Part shown: one piece after another, positions 18,200 through 27,000 of the stretch
Layout: every line of letters starts with the position of its first letter
Position numbering within the stretch: the first letter of the stretch is position 1
From: Escherichia phage Lw1
DNA: 64,000 nt
Reading direction: 5' to 3' (one strand)
Sequence record: KC801932
Translations under genes and position numbers: made by a program
The notes under the pieces: generated by a model
Databases searched by the model: none
Seen by the model: only the letters and a program-made list of their open reading frames with translations
Told to the model about the DNA's origin: nothing

Positions 18200-18481
18200 A
18201 TGAAGTTCCGTAAATATGATAGTCGCAATCATAACAGGTATGACGAAAGCTGTTTTATACCAATGAGCGCAAAAACATTTAAAGAGCGGTATGGGTATAG
18301 CTTTACTGAATGGAAATCTGAGTTAGATAAAGACGATTATCGTCGTAACTTTAAATTCAGTGAATGTTATTGTGACGATGATCCATATGATCAAGATATA
18401 TACGGGACAACAACACCTATCATTGAACGAACGATTGACGAACTTTATGATTCTGTTTGTTTGTCAGCAGACGAAATTTAA
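18200..18481 (+). CDS. Hypothetical protein (93 aa)
   Basis: ORF with RBS; no recognised motif. Confidence 0.4.
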   Translation: MKFRKYDSRNHNRYDESCFIPMSAKTFKERYGYSFTEWKSELDKDDYRRNFKFSECYCDDDPYDQDIYGTTTPIIERTIDELYDSVCLSADEI

Positions 18482-18522
18482 TCAACAGGCTATCTTCGGA
18501 TAGCCTTTTTTCTGGAGAAACT

Positions 18523-19092
18523 ATGCGCTATTTAAAATACGCAAGCTGGATCTTACTGGTTCCGGTAGACATTATCACAGGTATCCTGGCTATCTTGCTG
18601 GCCCCCTTCGTGGTTCCGTTCTATGACGAAAAAGTAGGACATTTGCCTAAAGGGTTCCGATGGATGGAAACCTACGACAACCCGATCGATGGTGACGGTG
18701 GACACATCGAACGCTGGAAAGATATTCGAAAATGGGGCGCTGTCGGTGTCTATGCTCAACGTGTAGCATGGCTATGGCGTAACAAGGCGTATAACTTCGC
18801 GTATCACGTGCTGGGACGTGAGTCTATATCACACACCTACTGGAAAGGAAACAAACTGGTAGACAGCAGTTCAAGCGATCCTAAACATCACGGCTTCCTG
18901 GTGATGTGGAACGAATCTGCATGGGGTGTGTTCGGCTTCGTGCCGTGGCTACGGGTGCATAACATTCAATTCTGTCTGCGTGTCTATTGCGGGTGGAAAC
19001 TGAAATCAGAAGTAAACAACCCAGACAACAAAGACCGTGTGATGCTGGCATTCCACATCAACCCGTTCCGGTTCTATAAGGTAAACACATGA
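18523..19092 (+). CDS. Hypothetical membrane-associated protein
   Basis: GGAG RBS before ATG 18523; N-terminal hydrophobic helix. Confidence 0.4.
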   Translation: MRYLKYASWILLVPVDIITGILAILLAPFVVPFYDEKVGHLPKGFRWMETYDNPIDGDGGHIERWKDIRKWGAVGVYAQRVAWLWRNKAYNFAYHVLGRESISHTYWKGNKLVDSSSSDPKHHGFLVMWNESAWGVFGFVPWLRVHNIQFCLRVYCGWKLKSEVNNPDNKDRVMLAFHINPFRFYKVNT

Positions 19093-19367
19093 TCGAAGAT
19101 ATCAAGGGGTATAAACCCCATACCGAAGAAAAGATTACGATTGTAAATCGTATCAAAGCAGTTGAAAATGAAATGGGTGCAATCCTCGATGATCTGGATA
19201 AACGATATTCAGGAGACTATGCGTGTTCAGATCTGGAATCACACACAGAAAAAGAACTTGATGAAATGCTCGAACGCACACATCAAATTCAACTGGCAAA
19301 AGACCGACTGAAAGAAGCCTCTATGTGGGCGTGTCGTGCGGTATTCCAGCCAGAAGAAAAGTATTAA
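19089..19367 (+). CDS. Hypothetical protein (92 aa)
   Basis: ATGA-coupled ORF; followed by weak hairpin and T-run. Confidence 0.4.
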   Translation: MIEDIKGYKPHTEEKITIVNRIKAVENEMGAILDDLDKRYSGDYACSDLESHTEKELDEMLERTHQIQLAKDRLKEASMWACRAVFQPEEKY

Positions 19368-19422
19368 AACCAAGCCGTTGCCGAAAGGTAGCGGCTTTTT
19401 TCGTTTTTATGAAAAATAATGC

Positions 19423-19451
19423 TTGCATCAAATACGGCTTTCTTGTATCTT
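19423..19451 (+). promoter_or_regulatory. Sigma70-like promoter TTGCAT-17-TATCTT
   Basis: Hexamers at 19423-19428 and 19446-19451, 17-nt spacer; upstream of GAGGA RBS and ATG 19493. Confidence 0.4.
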
Positions 19452-19492
19452 TAACCACGTAGGCAAGACAACTTAACTTTGAGGATGACATT

Positions 19493-19783
19493 ATGAAAAC
19501 TTACAACATGAAAGACCTGGTTTGCTTCAAAACTCGCCGTGAAGCCCGTGCGTATGTTTTGGCGGCTGGTAAGAATACCTCTGCTGTAATCGACCTGGGT
19601 ACTGATAAAGAGGTTGGTGCTCGTTGGGCCGCTGTTGTGGTTATCGCTGTCCCTGTTACCCCTGCTAAAACTCTGGTTCTGGGTGCTCGCAACAGCGAAA
19701 CTCTGAACACCAGCACTTGCAATAACAGAGGCGTTCATAGTGTCAAAGTGTTCAAACGTCGCAGCATTGGCGCGAGGGTTTAA
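19493..19783 (+). CDS. Hypothetical protein (96 aa) with MKTY N-terminus
   Basis: Strong RBS; locally GC-rich, Ala/Val-rich; N-terminus MKTYNMKDL loosely resembles T4 internal-protein capsid-targeting leader. Confidence 0.45.
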   Translation: MKTYNMKDLVCFKTRREARAYVLAAGKNTSAVIDLGTDKEVGARWAAVVVIAVPVTPAKTLVLGARNSETLNTSTCNNRGVHSVKVFKRRSIGARV

Positions 19784-19786
19784 ACA

Positions 19787-20014
19787 ATGAGTTCTATTAA
19801 CACAGAAAAAGATTTTGTGATGTTTGTCGGGGTACAGACTGTAAAGAAAGATATCTTCGGTAAACTGTACCTGTCAAACGACGATCGCAACCCTGCATCA
19901 TTCGAAACCGATGAAGATGCATATATCGCGAAGAACATCAGCGATAATGAAGACATTCGCCAATATGCGCGGATCTATAACCGTGAAGTAACAACCCGTC
20001 TGGAGAGAGCGTGA
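19787..20014 (+). CDS. Hypothetical protein (75 aa)
   Basis: ORF in operon context. Confidence 0.35.
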   Translation: MSSINTEKDFVMFVGVQTVKKDIFGKLYLSNDDRNPASFETDEDAYIAKNISDNEDIRQYARIYNREVTTRLERA

Positions 20015-20244
20015 TGAAATACATTCTCGAATATCATGAGCATCAAATAACAGAACCAATGATCGATAAGATGCGGTGTTATAACCAAAACATCATCAGC
20101 ATCAAACCGCTGTCAGTATATCGTGAATTTGTGGGATACTCCTTCGCGATGTACACAAATTCCGAAGATGACGCAACCGCTTATCTGAAAAGTATCGGTG
20201 CAATCTTCGACAAATTCGACAAAGTATGGAAGGTAGGTTTCTAA
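20011..20244 (+). CDS. Hypothetical protein (77 aa)
   Basis: ATGA-coupled ORF. Confidence 0.35.
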   Translation: MMKYILEYHEHQITEPMIDKMRCYNQNIISIKPLSVYREFVGYSFAMYTNSEDDATAYLKSIGAIFDKFDKVWKVGF

Positions 20245-20706
20245 TGAAACAATATTTTATTGAAGCGGCAGATCGTATCGTTCTGGCTATGCTGAACTGG
20301 AACCGTCGTCAGGATGTTTCTATCATGGCATCAACCAACGGGACAACATACGACCGTTATGATCCGGCGCGTGGACTCCATGAACCCTATGAGGTGAAAG
20401 AGTGAATGTCGAAACGATGGATGTAATGTTGGTCATTGTATCTTTTATTTTGGGTTATTGGGCGGCATCATGAAATACTATGGATTCAAAACGAGTCATT
20501 TCGGTAAAGCATACCGCACTGACAACATCGATCGCAAACGTCCGTACTATGATTCCCTTGTACGTGCAGGGCGCAAACGTGCTCGCCAGGAAGGGAAGAA
20601 GCAAGGAGAATCCGAGCTATGAACTGGAAACAAATAGTCGGAATTATTGCAGGTGTTATCATCGGACGCGGTTTGTATGATCTAATCTTTTCGGCGGGGG
20701 TTCATT

Positions 20707-21147
20707 GTGGACATTGGTTCGGGTAGTCAATATCCATCATGTGCATTGAGCAACTTCGCCCCGCATCCGTTCACTTTTGACGGGGTAGAATGTGCATCAA
20801 TGGAGGGTTTTTTACAAAGCCTGAAATACAGCAACCCAGATATGCAAGCGCATGTGTGTACTCTGGTAGGTAAAGCCGCCAAGTTCAAAGGCAAGAAAAA
20901 GAAATGGTATCGCGATCAGACCCTATACTGGAAAGGTACACCGATTCACCGTGAGTCCGAAGCGTATCAGATTCTTATCGAAAACGCGTACAATGCTCTT
21001 TTCCTGAATGACGGGTTTCGCCGTGCGTTGAAAGCAACCGGAAAAAGCACCTTGACTCATTCAATGGGAAAGAATAAGATGAATGAAACAGTGCTCACCG
21101 AACGTGAGTTTGTTCGAAATTTAACCCGACTAAGGGATCTGCTATGA
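20707..21147 (+). CDS. NADAR-domain protein (YbiA-like, ADP-ribose/N-glycosidase family)
   Basis: LSNF.PHPF..DG....S.EGFLQSLK signature of NADAR/DUF1768; probable GTG start at 20707 preceded by GGGGG. Confidence 0.6.
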   Translation: MDIGSGSQYPSCALSNFAPHPFTFDGVECASMEGFLQSLKYSNPDMQAHVCTLVGKAAKFKGKKKKWYRDQTLYWKGTPIHRESEAYQILIENAYNALFLNDGFRRALKATGKSTLTHSMGKNKMNETVLTEREFVRNLTRLRDLL

Positions 21148-21353
21148 TTGATTATTCAGTCATTCAAATGTATACCGGGAACTGGCGACTGTTTTATTAT
21201 TTTCGTTGGTTTCCGTGGTATAAATGGACCCCGACCTTCGGTGACGGTTGCGGAAATGATACTGGTATTCCGGTTGAATACAACCAAAAGAATGATGTTA
21301 TTGATTGGCATCGTAAGAACGAACAACTAAAAGAAAGGTTGAAATTATTATGA
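21144..21353 (+). CDS. Hypothetical protein (69 aa), Trp/aromatic-rich
   Basis: ATGA-coupled ORF. Confidence 0.3.
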   Translation: MIDYSVIQMYTGNWRLFYYFRWFPWYKWTPTFGDGCGNDTGIPVEYNQKNDVIDWHRKNEQLKERLKLL

Positions 21354-21556
21354 TCTATTTCGCAATCGTGGTTGGTGTCTTGATATACCTTGCTATTGGT
21401 GTATACTGTGCAGCACGGTTTACCTGGTGTTTTGGTGTAAGTCATAACGGCTACCATACATTCTGGGGTACTGTGTTACAATATACCATTTTCCCGTTGA
21501 TTGTGCTGTTTTGGCCTTTCTTCGCGTTGTGGTTCATTTTTGCATTATTTGTTTGA
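21350..21556 (+). CDS. Hypothetical small membrane protein
   Basis: Two predicted hydrophobic helices. Confidence 0.35.
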   Translation: MIYFAIVVGVLIYLAIGVYCAARFTWCFGVSHNGYHTFWGTVLQYTIFPLIVLFWPFFALWFIFALFV

Positions 21557-21563
21557 GGTTATT

Positions 21564-21827
21564 ATGAGTGATGAAAGAGTAACATGTGCGTTCTTGTTCA
21601 AAGGCGCGATTAACCCGCTGGCATTACTCCATGCACAGGGTGCTTTGAGTTCTACCCTGATTATGGGTGTTGTCTATAAAGCGGGTGTGTATTACGTCAC
21701 AATTGGCGCAAACAACATGAACGTAATCAACAGCTATGTTGAAAAGTGTAATGTTAAAGGCATTGTGTTTAACAAAGTTGAAATGGATGTTCCTGGTTTC
21801 GACGCTGTTTATATGTACAGGGGTTGA
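21564..21827 (+). CDS. Hypothetical protein
   Basis: GAGG RBS before ATG 21564. Confidence 0.35.
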   Translation: MSDERVTCAFLFKGAINPLALLHAQGALSSTLIMGVVYKAGVYYVTIGANNMNVINSYVEKCNVKGIVFNKVEMDVPGFDAVYMYRG

Positions 21828-21829
21828 TA

Positions 21830-22050
21830 TGAGTTATGTAGTGTATTTTGACTGTTCGGATCTCGACCCGTTTGTTCTGCAACAGGCGAAGAAATACCAT
21901 CAGGATATCGTTGGCATCAGTGTAACAAATGATGATATGCTGTGCATTGAATTTGATTATTATCGTACATTCGAACGTGATTATTTCATGGGTGAACTGA
22001 ACGCGTTCAAAAGTACCCTTTTCTTTGATCGTTATGAGGTTAAATCTTGA
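21830..22050 (+). CDS. Hypothetical protein
   Basis: AGGGG RBS before ATG 21830. Confidence 0.35.
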
Positions 22051-22664
22051 AACCAGTTATTCTTACCGATATTGACGGGATCGCCGTAAAATGGCAAAGC
22101 GGCCTCCCGTTCTTTTTGTCTAAACACAATATGCCTACTGATATTGCTCTGGACATGGTCACCGATGAAAGATTTCGTGATATGACCGAAATATTCGGGT
22201 GTGATCACCAACTGGCTAAAATCCTGATGGAAGAATATAACAACAGTTCGTTTATTCGCTATCTAAGCGCGTATGACGATGCGTTAGTTGTGATCAACCG
22301 TCTGAAAGCCAAATATGATTTCGTCGCTGTCACGGCGCTGGGAACCACTCCTACGGCAAGTCTGAACCGTATTGCAAACCTGAACACATTGTTCCCGTCT
22401 GCATTCAAAGAAGTGATGGTCGTCGGACATGGTGAAACAAAAACACATCGTTACCTGGAAGCAAAAGCCAAATACGGATCGCGGTTGGTTTGCTTTGTTG
22501 ATGACCTTGCGGTAAACTTAAACGAGTGTCATAACGTCATCAGTCAGTTGCCGTTATTTCACATGTTGCGTGGTGAACGTGAACAACCAAATGTTCCGCA
22601 CAGTATCGTAAAATCATGGTTTGAAATTGAAGAGAAATTAGATGATCTTATCAATATTGAATGA
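22047..22664 (+). CDS. HAD-superfamily hydrolase (possible 5'(3')-deoxyribonucleotidase)
   Basis: N-terminal DxDG motif (ILTDIDGIA) and later FVDD; TTG start with AGGT RBS. Confidence 0.45.
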   Translation: MKPVILTDIDGIAVKWQSGLPFFLSKHNMPTDIALDMVTDERFRDMTEIFGCDHQLAKILMEEYNNSSFIRYLSAYDDALVVINRLKAKYDFVAVTALGTTPTASLNRIANLNTLFPSAFKEVMVVGHGETKTHRYLEAKAKYGSRLVCFVDDLAVNLNECHNVISQLPLFHMLRGEREQPNVPHSIVKSWFEIEEKLDDLINIE

Positions 22665-24165
22665 ACTTGCATCGACTCTGAAAACCTCAGAGAAGGAAGC
22701 AATTTTAAAACGTAATGCAAACAACCTATTGTTGAAAGAGATTTTCCGAATTACGTACACAAAACAGATTATGTTCTATGTGCGTAAGTTTCCCCAGGTG
22801 GACGGCAAACCAGGAACAACCCCGCTATCAAATGCAATCGCGGACCTGATGTCCGATTTAGCATCGCGGAAGTATACAGGTAATGCAGCCCGCGATCGCC
22901 TGATGGATATTGTGTCATCAGTAAACGAGAACGATCGCGAAGTGTTGCGCCGTATCATTAACCGCGATCTTGAATGTGGTGCGGGTACAACTCTGCCAAA
23001 CCGCGTATGGAAGAAACTTATTCCAGAACAGCCTCAATGCCTCGCTACGCCGTTTAGTGAAAAAGCCTTAAAACGTATTCGCTTCCCTGCTTACTCTCAG
23101 CTTAAAGCCGATGGTGCGCGTTGTATGTCGGATCTGTTAGAAGACCAGATTCGCAAAGCAACCCGCGCGGGAAATGAGTATACAGGTTTGGTTGATCTGG
23201 ATAAGGATTTGAAAAAGATCCGCGAATATCTGGGTTATGATGTTGTGCTGGATGGAGAATTGATTTATGTCCCTGGTGGAAAATCCGTTGAAGTTCCTGT
23301 GTCTCCTGTTACGTTTAGCCTTGCTGGGTTTATGGGCGATGACGATGATTCTGTTACTGACTTTGTGGCTGATGTTAGGCGGGAAGCCACCGAGGGAGAA
23401 AAACAGGAAGAGGCGAAACGCGAAGAAGGAAACGGAATCGTAAACAAATCCCTGAAAGGCACTATCAGCGACGAAGAACAACAGAACATCGTTTATGTTG
23501 TCTGGGACATCATACCGTATGAAGTTTATTATGGTGATGCTCCGAGTGTTCAGCCTTACAAAGATCGCTTGTCTATCCTTGATGGTGTTATCGCTGGCAC
23601 TGGTGTAACATCGGTTCAGTTGATTCCTTCTATCCTGGTGCAAACCATCGCGGAAGCAAAACAGGATTACAACAATTACCGCAATGACGGTAAAGAGGGT
23701 TCAATCCTGAAAAACGTTGATTTCGTCTGGAAGGATTCACGCGTTGCGGATCAGGTTAAGTTGAAGAACAAAACCCCGATCGAACTACGAATCATCGACG
23801 TATACGCGCACACCAAAGAACCTCATAAGGTCGGCGGGTTTGTTGTTGAGGACTTATCAGGAGAAGCCAGGACGAACACAGGTTCCGGTTTAACTGATAC
23901 AGACTACCGTTACGATGAAGACGGTGTTACCCGCGTGTATATCCCGTTAGACGAACGTGGAGAACTGGATCGCGAGTATATCATGACGAACAAAGATGAC
24001 TATATTGGCGCTATCGTCGAAATGGAAGTTGACGGACTCCAGAAGTCTAAAACGCGTAAGAAGGGCGAACCTGAATACAGTTTCTTCTTGCCAATCATCA
24101 AGAAGATTCGACGCGATAAGACGGAACCTGATGATATTCATGTGGTTTTTGCCGATCTGTTTTAA
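22642..24165 (+). CDS. 30: ATP-dependent DNA ligase
   Basis: 507 aa; N-terminus matches remembered T4 gp30 (MIL.ILNE.AS, LTY, LECGA, IPEQPQ); KADGAR adenylation motif. Confidence 0.9.
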   Translation: MILSILNELASTLKTSEKEAILKRNANNLLLKEIFRITYTKQIMFYVRKFPQVDGKPGTTPLSNAIADLMSDLASRKYTGNAARDRLMDIVSSVNENDREVLRRIINRDLECGAGTTLPNRVWKKLIPEQPQCLATPFSEKALKRIRFPAYSQLKADGARCMSDLLEDQIRKATRAGNEYTGLVDLDKDLKKIREYLGYDVVLDGELIYVPGGKSVEVPVSPVTFSLAGFMGDDDDSVTDFVADVRREATEGEKQEEAKREEGNGIVNKSLKGTISDEEQQNIVYVVWDIIPYEVYYGDAPSVQPYKDRLSILDGVIAGTGVTSVQLIPSILVQTIAEAKQDYNNYRNDGKEGSILKNVDFVWKDSRVADQVKLKNKTPIELRIIDVYAHTKEPHKVGGFVVEDLSGEARTNTGSGLTDTDYRYDEDGVTRVYIPLDERGELDREYIMTNKDDYIGAIVEMEVDGLQKSKTRKKGEPEYSFFLPIIKKIRRDKTEPDDIHVVFADLF

Positions 24166-24183
24166 ATAGCACTTTTTGTTTAA

Positions 24184-24239
24184 AAAGCCCTTGCATACGT
24201 GCGAGGGCTTTGTTATATTACACACATCGAAACGAAACA
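24184..24239 (+). promoter_or_regulatory. PeSL-like promoter cassette, copy 1: TTGCAT-17-TATATT with spacer hairpin and conserved leader
   Basis: -35 24191-24196, -10 24214-24219 (TGT extended -10), hairpin aaagccc/gggcttt; leader ACACACATCGAAACGAAACAG. Confidence 0.55.
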
Positions 24240-24256
24240 GACAAAAGGAACATCCC

Positions 24257-24529
24257 ATGCAAATCACTAAAGAACTCGAAGGCAAAGTAATCAACCTGAC
24301 ATACCGTGCGCGTTTTGAAAAACTGGCTAATGGTGGCGAATCTTTGGGTGAAGCGGTAGCGTTATTCGAAAGACTTCGGGTTAAACGTGTTGTTGATGGT
24401 TGGGTTATTGCTCTCCCTGTTGCAGATGAAGATAAAGCAGTATATGACCCAGTTGCCGATTCATGGGATATTGAAATCTGTTTAGTTAACGTTGAAGTAG
24501 AACTTTGCTTCGAAGAAGAAAATAATTGA
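24257..24529 (+). CDS. Hypothetical protein (90 aa)
   Basis: First ATG after cassette 1 with AAAGGAA RBS. Confidence 0.45.
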   Translation: MQITKELEGKVINLTYRARFEKLANGGESLGEAVALFERLRVKRVVDGWVIALPVADEDKAVYDPVADSWDIEICLVNVEVELCFEEENN

Positions 24530-24537
24530 AATAGTTC

Positions 24538-24590
24538 TTGTATTGTGTGTAGGGTAGTGTGGTATCTTACACACATCGGAACAAAGGAGA
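24538..24590 (+). promoter_or_regulatory. PeSL-like promoter cassette, copy 2 (divergent: TTGTAT-19-TATCTT, related leader)
   Basis: Leader ACACACATCGGAACAAAGGAGAG followed by ATG 24597. Confidence 0.45.
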
Positions 24591-24596
24591 GACACC

Positions 24597-24887
24597 ATGA
24601 AAAATAAAGAATACGACCCAGCAGAAATTAAAGAACGGTTATCAGTAGCAAGGAGATTCCTTGAATCTATCGATCCAGATAAACTTGGAAAACTCCCAGA
24701 CACGATTTGTTTAAATTGTGGTCGCTGTGTGTTGGTTGGTAAATGTTGCGACAACCCAAACATTGTCGTCATGGAACGGAAAGAAGTTTCGCCGGAAGTG
24801 TGGGATAAGATTCAGGAAATCATCAAAAACCCTCCAGAACCAACGAAACGTTTACGAGAACTTATGAGCAAGGAATACACGTTATGA
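24597..24887 (+). CDS. Hypothetical Cys-containing small protein (96 aa)
   Basis: AAGGAGAG RBS; CLNCGRC..GKCC cysteine cluster. Confidence 0.45.
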   Translation: MKNKEYDPAEIKERLSVARRFLESIDPDKLGKLPDTICLNCGRCVLVGKCCDNPNIVVMERKEVSPEVWDKIQEIIKNPPEPTKRLRELMSKEYTL

Positions 24888-25264
24888 AAAATGAACCAAG
24901 CAAGACTGTACGCCTTATCCGTTGGGAAGGCAACGAACTCCGTTATGAAGACGGCGACCGCGAATTCGTTCATGAAATGCTGGCGCATAATCTGGGATTG
25001 AAAAACGCTAACCTGGTGCAGATGCAGCAGACAGCAGATCCTGACACATGGCAATGTGTTATTGTTGAACTGAATCCTAACAAGGAATACACGGAAGATG
25101 AACTCTTTGTGCTTGTCCAGGACGTTCCAGCGCGTCAGAAATGTTTTATGATAGACATGCCACGGGAAAACTACGAGAACATCAAAAAAGCCCGTCAGAA
25201 GCCCAAAAACAACGTATTCGATCTGTTTATGGGCTATCATGAAGAACCACAAACAACGGCCTAA
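24884..25264 (+). CDS. Hypothetical protein (126 aa)
   Basis: ATGA-coupled to previous ORF; convergent with following minus-strand gene. Confidence 0.4.
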   Translation: MKNEPSKTVRLIRWEGNELRYEDGDREFVHEMLAHNLGLKNANLVQMQQTADPDTWQCVIVELNPNKEYTEDELFVLVQDVPARQKCFMIDMPRENYENIKKARQKPKNNVFDLFMGYHEEPQTTA

Positions 25265-26364
25265 GCCTCGCTTGTTTTGCTGTTATCGTTAGTCGCAGCA
25301 GCCACCTGTACACATTCCAATGTTTGCAGGTGGAAATCTTTTGATACGTCACGGATACATTCAACGATCAAATACTTACCCGCGTATTCATCCCCCAACA
25401 CTTCAATCATCCCCCCTACTTTAACATCCATTCGACCCTGATTAATATCAAACTTAATCCGTTTTTCATAACCGGACAGTAACTGACATTTAACCGCCTG
25501 GAATGGCTGGCCTTGTTTGTCGGGGTTCTGGAAGTTGGTATTGTATACCGCGTTCCGGTTCATTGTGATCCACGCGTTTTCAACGTCTGTACTTGCGAGT
25601 ATATCGCTGTATAACTTCTTGTCAGTCATCGAGAAACTAAAGAAACTTGCATCCCCTAACAGGGTAGTGTTATCCTTATACGTAATGTATTCAGCTTTCG
25701 TGAATACCAAAGAATCACCTAAAAACGGATTGCTTACGTTATACTTGTAAGCCTTTAACGGGGTTTGTGCTAGGATCTCCGTATTGCTTCGCATAAAGAT
25801 ACCGGAACCATCTTCCCACAAATAACAGAAGTCTGACGAATCAACGCTCTGACCGTTATCCCTTATGTAATCAAACACGGTTTCATACGTCCCGCTTAAA
25901 CATGCCGGAGGTATACGCACGTTTGAAGCATCAATGGTCGGGGTAATCAGCTTCATATCGTTGTATAGTGCCGTCATACACTCTGTAATCGTCTGTACGG
26001 CGTTATTACTGAATGAACGGGAGAACTTACGACGAAATACCGTATGCACCGGAGAAAGGTTTAGGCGCAATATAGAACGGTTCATATCATCGGTTTCGAC
26101 GTTCGAATACAGAACACCATAGTAATGCTGTTCCAACGTCTGATTATACTTGAAAGATACCTGAATAATTGGTTTCTCTGTCAACTGATAGATTAACTGG
26201 TTATCGTAGATCTGCATCAATGTTTCAGAAGTACCGTTGATAATAGTTTTCTCACTCATTGAGACAAGGGCAGGTAGCAATTCAAGATAGACGTTATCCG
26301 CAAACTTTTCATATGTTGGATATAATTTAACCGATACAATACGGTTTATAACTTTATTGGACAT
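25261..26364 (-). CDS. Putative baseplate hub subunit (possibly gp27-like)
   Basis: 367 aa; AGGGAGGA RBS; divergent from gp28-like gene; assignment by context and size only. Confidence 0.3.
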   Translation of the reverse strand: MSNKVINRIVSVKLYPTYEKFADNVYLELLPALVSMSEKTIINGTSETLMQIYDNQLIYQLTEKPIIQVSFKYNQTLEQHYYGVLYSNVETDDMNRSILRLNLSPVHTVFRRKFSRSFSNNAVQTITECMTALYNDMKLITPTIDASNVRIPPACLSGTYETVFDYIRDNGQSVDSSDFCYLWEDGSGIFMRSNTEILAQTPLKAYKYNVSNPFLGDSLVFTKAEYITYKDNTTLLGDASFFSFSMTDKKLYSDILASTDVENAWITMNRNAVYNTNFQNPDKQGQPFQAVKCQLLSGYEKRIKFDINQGRMDVKVGGMIEVLGDEYAGKYLIVECIRDVSKDFHLQTLECVQVAAATNDNSKTSEA

Positions 26365-26424
26365 TAGACATCCTCCCTTTATTCTATTTACTAAATAGTA
26401 AATATCGGGATACTTGAGGCGATT

Positions 26425-27000
26425 ATGAACAAAAAGAACACACTTGATAAATTTATGGTTACTCGTTTAAACATCAAGAACAGCAAAAGCAAAATAGTTA
26501 CCTTGCCTACTGGTGAGAAAGTCACGATCCCGCGTCTGGGTTATCGTCATTTCACCCAGATTAAAGCAATGAAAGACCCTATGCAGTTGCTTGAATATAT
26601 CATCAACGAGATCAAACCGCGTGAGTTAACCGCAGCAGAAACTGAATTCCTTCTGATCCATTTGCATTACCATAATGATGATAAAGCAATGGAAGCATTA
26701 AAAGAGATCGGAATCAATCTGGATGATATGAAAATCAGCGAGGCTAAGTATGAATACACTTTCGATAACATTCGATTGGTATTCAATAAACCGACCTTGA
26801 TGCTGGATGATTTGGCTTTACTGATTAAAGAAGCATACGACAACGGGGAACCGATCGAACTTACGGACGATAACCGAATTCAATTAATTAACAGCCTGTA
26901 TCGTTATGAATATGACGATGTAAAACGTGGTGTACTCCAGGAAGTTTATATTGTGCATGAGGGGAAAACCATCAAAGGGCTTAACATCATCGGTGAATGA
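26425..27000 (+). CDS. 28: Putative baseplate distal hub subunit (gp28-like)
   Basis: 191 aa, first gene of colinear block ending in gp54/gp25; by position and size. Confidence 0.45.
   Translation: MNKKNTLDKFMVTRLNIKNSKSKIVTLPTGEKVTIPRLGYRHFTQIKAMKDPMQLLEYIINEIKPRELTAAETEFLLIHLHYHNDDKAMEALKEIGINLDDMKISEAKYEYTFDNIRLVFNKPTLMLDDLALLIKEAYDNGEPIELTDDNRIQLINSLYRYEYDDVKRGVLQEVYIVHEGKTIKGLNIIGE

Noticed and set aside
20470-20726. Overlapping micro-ORFs (20470-20622, 20480-20680, 20619-20726) upstream of the NADAR gene
   Set aside because: Three mutually overlapping frames of 35-66 aa; I cannot decide which is translated from sequence alone, so none is listed as a feature.
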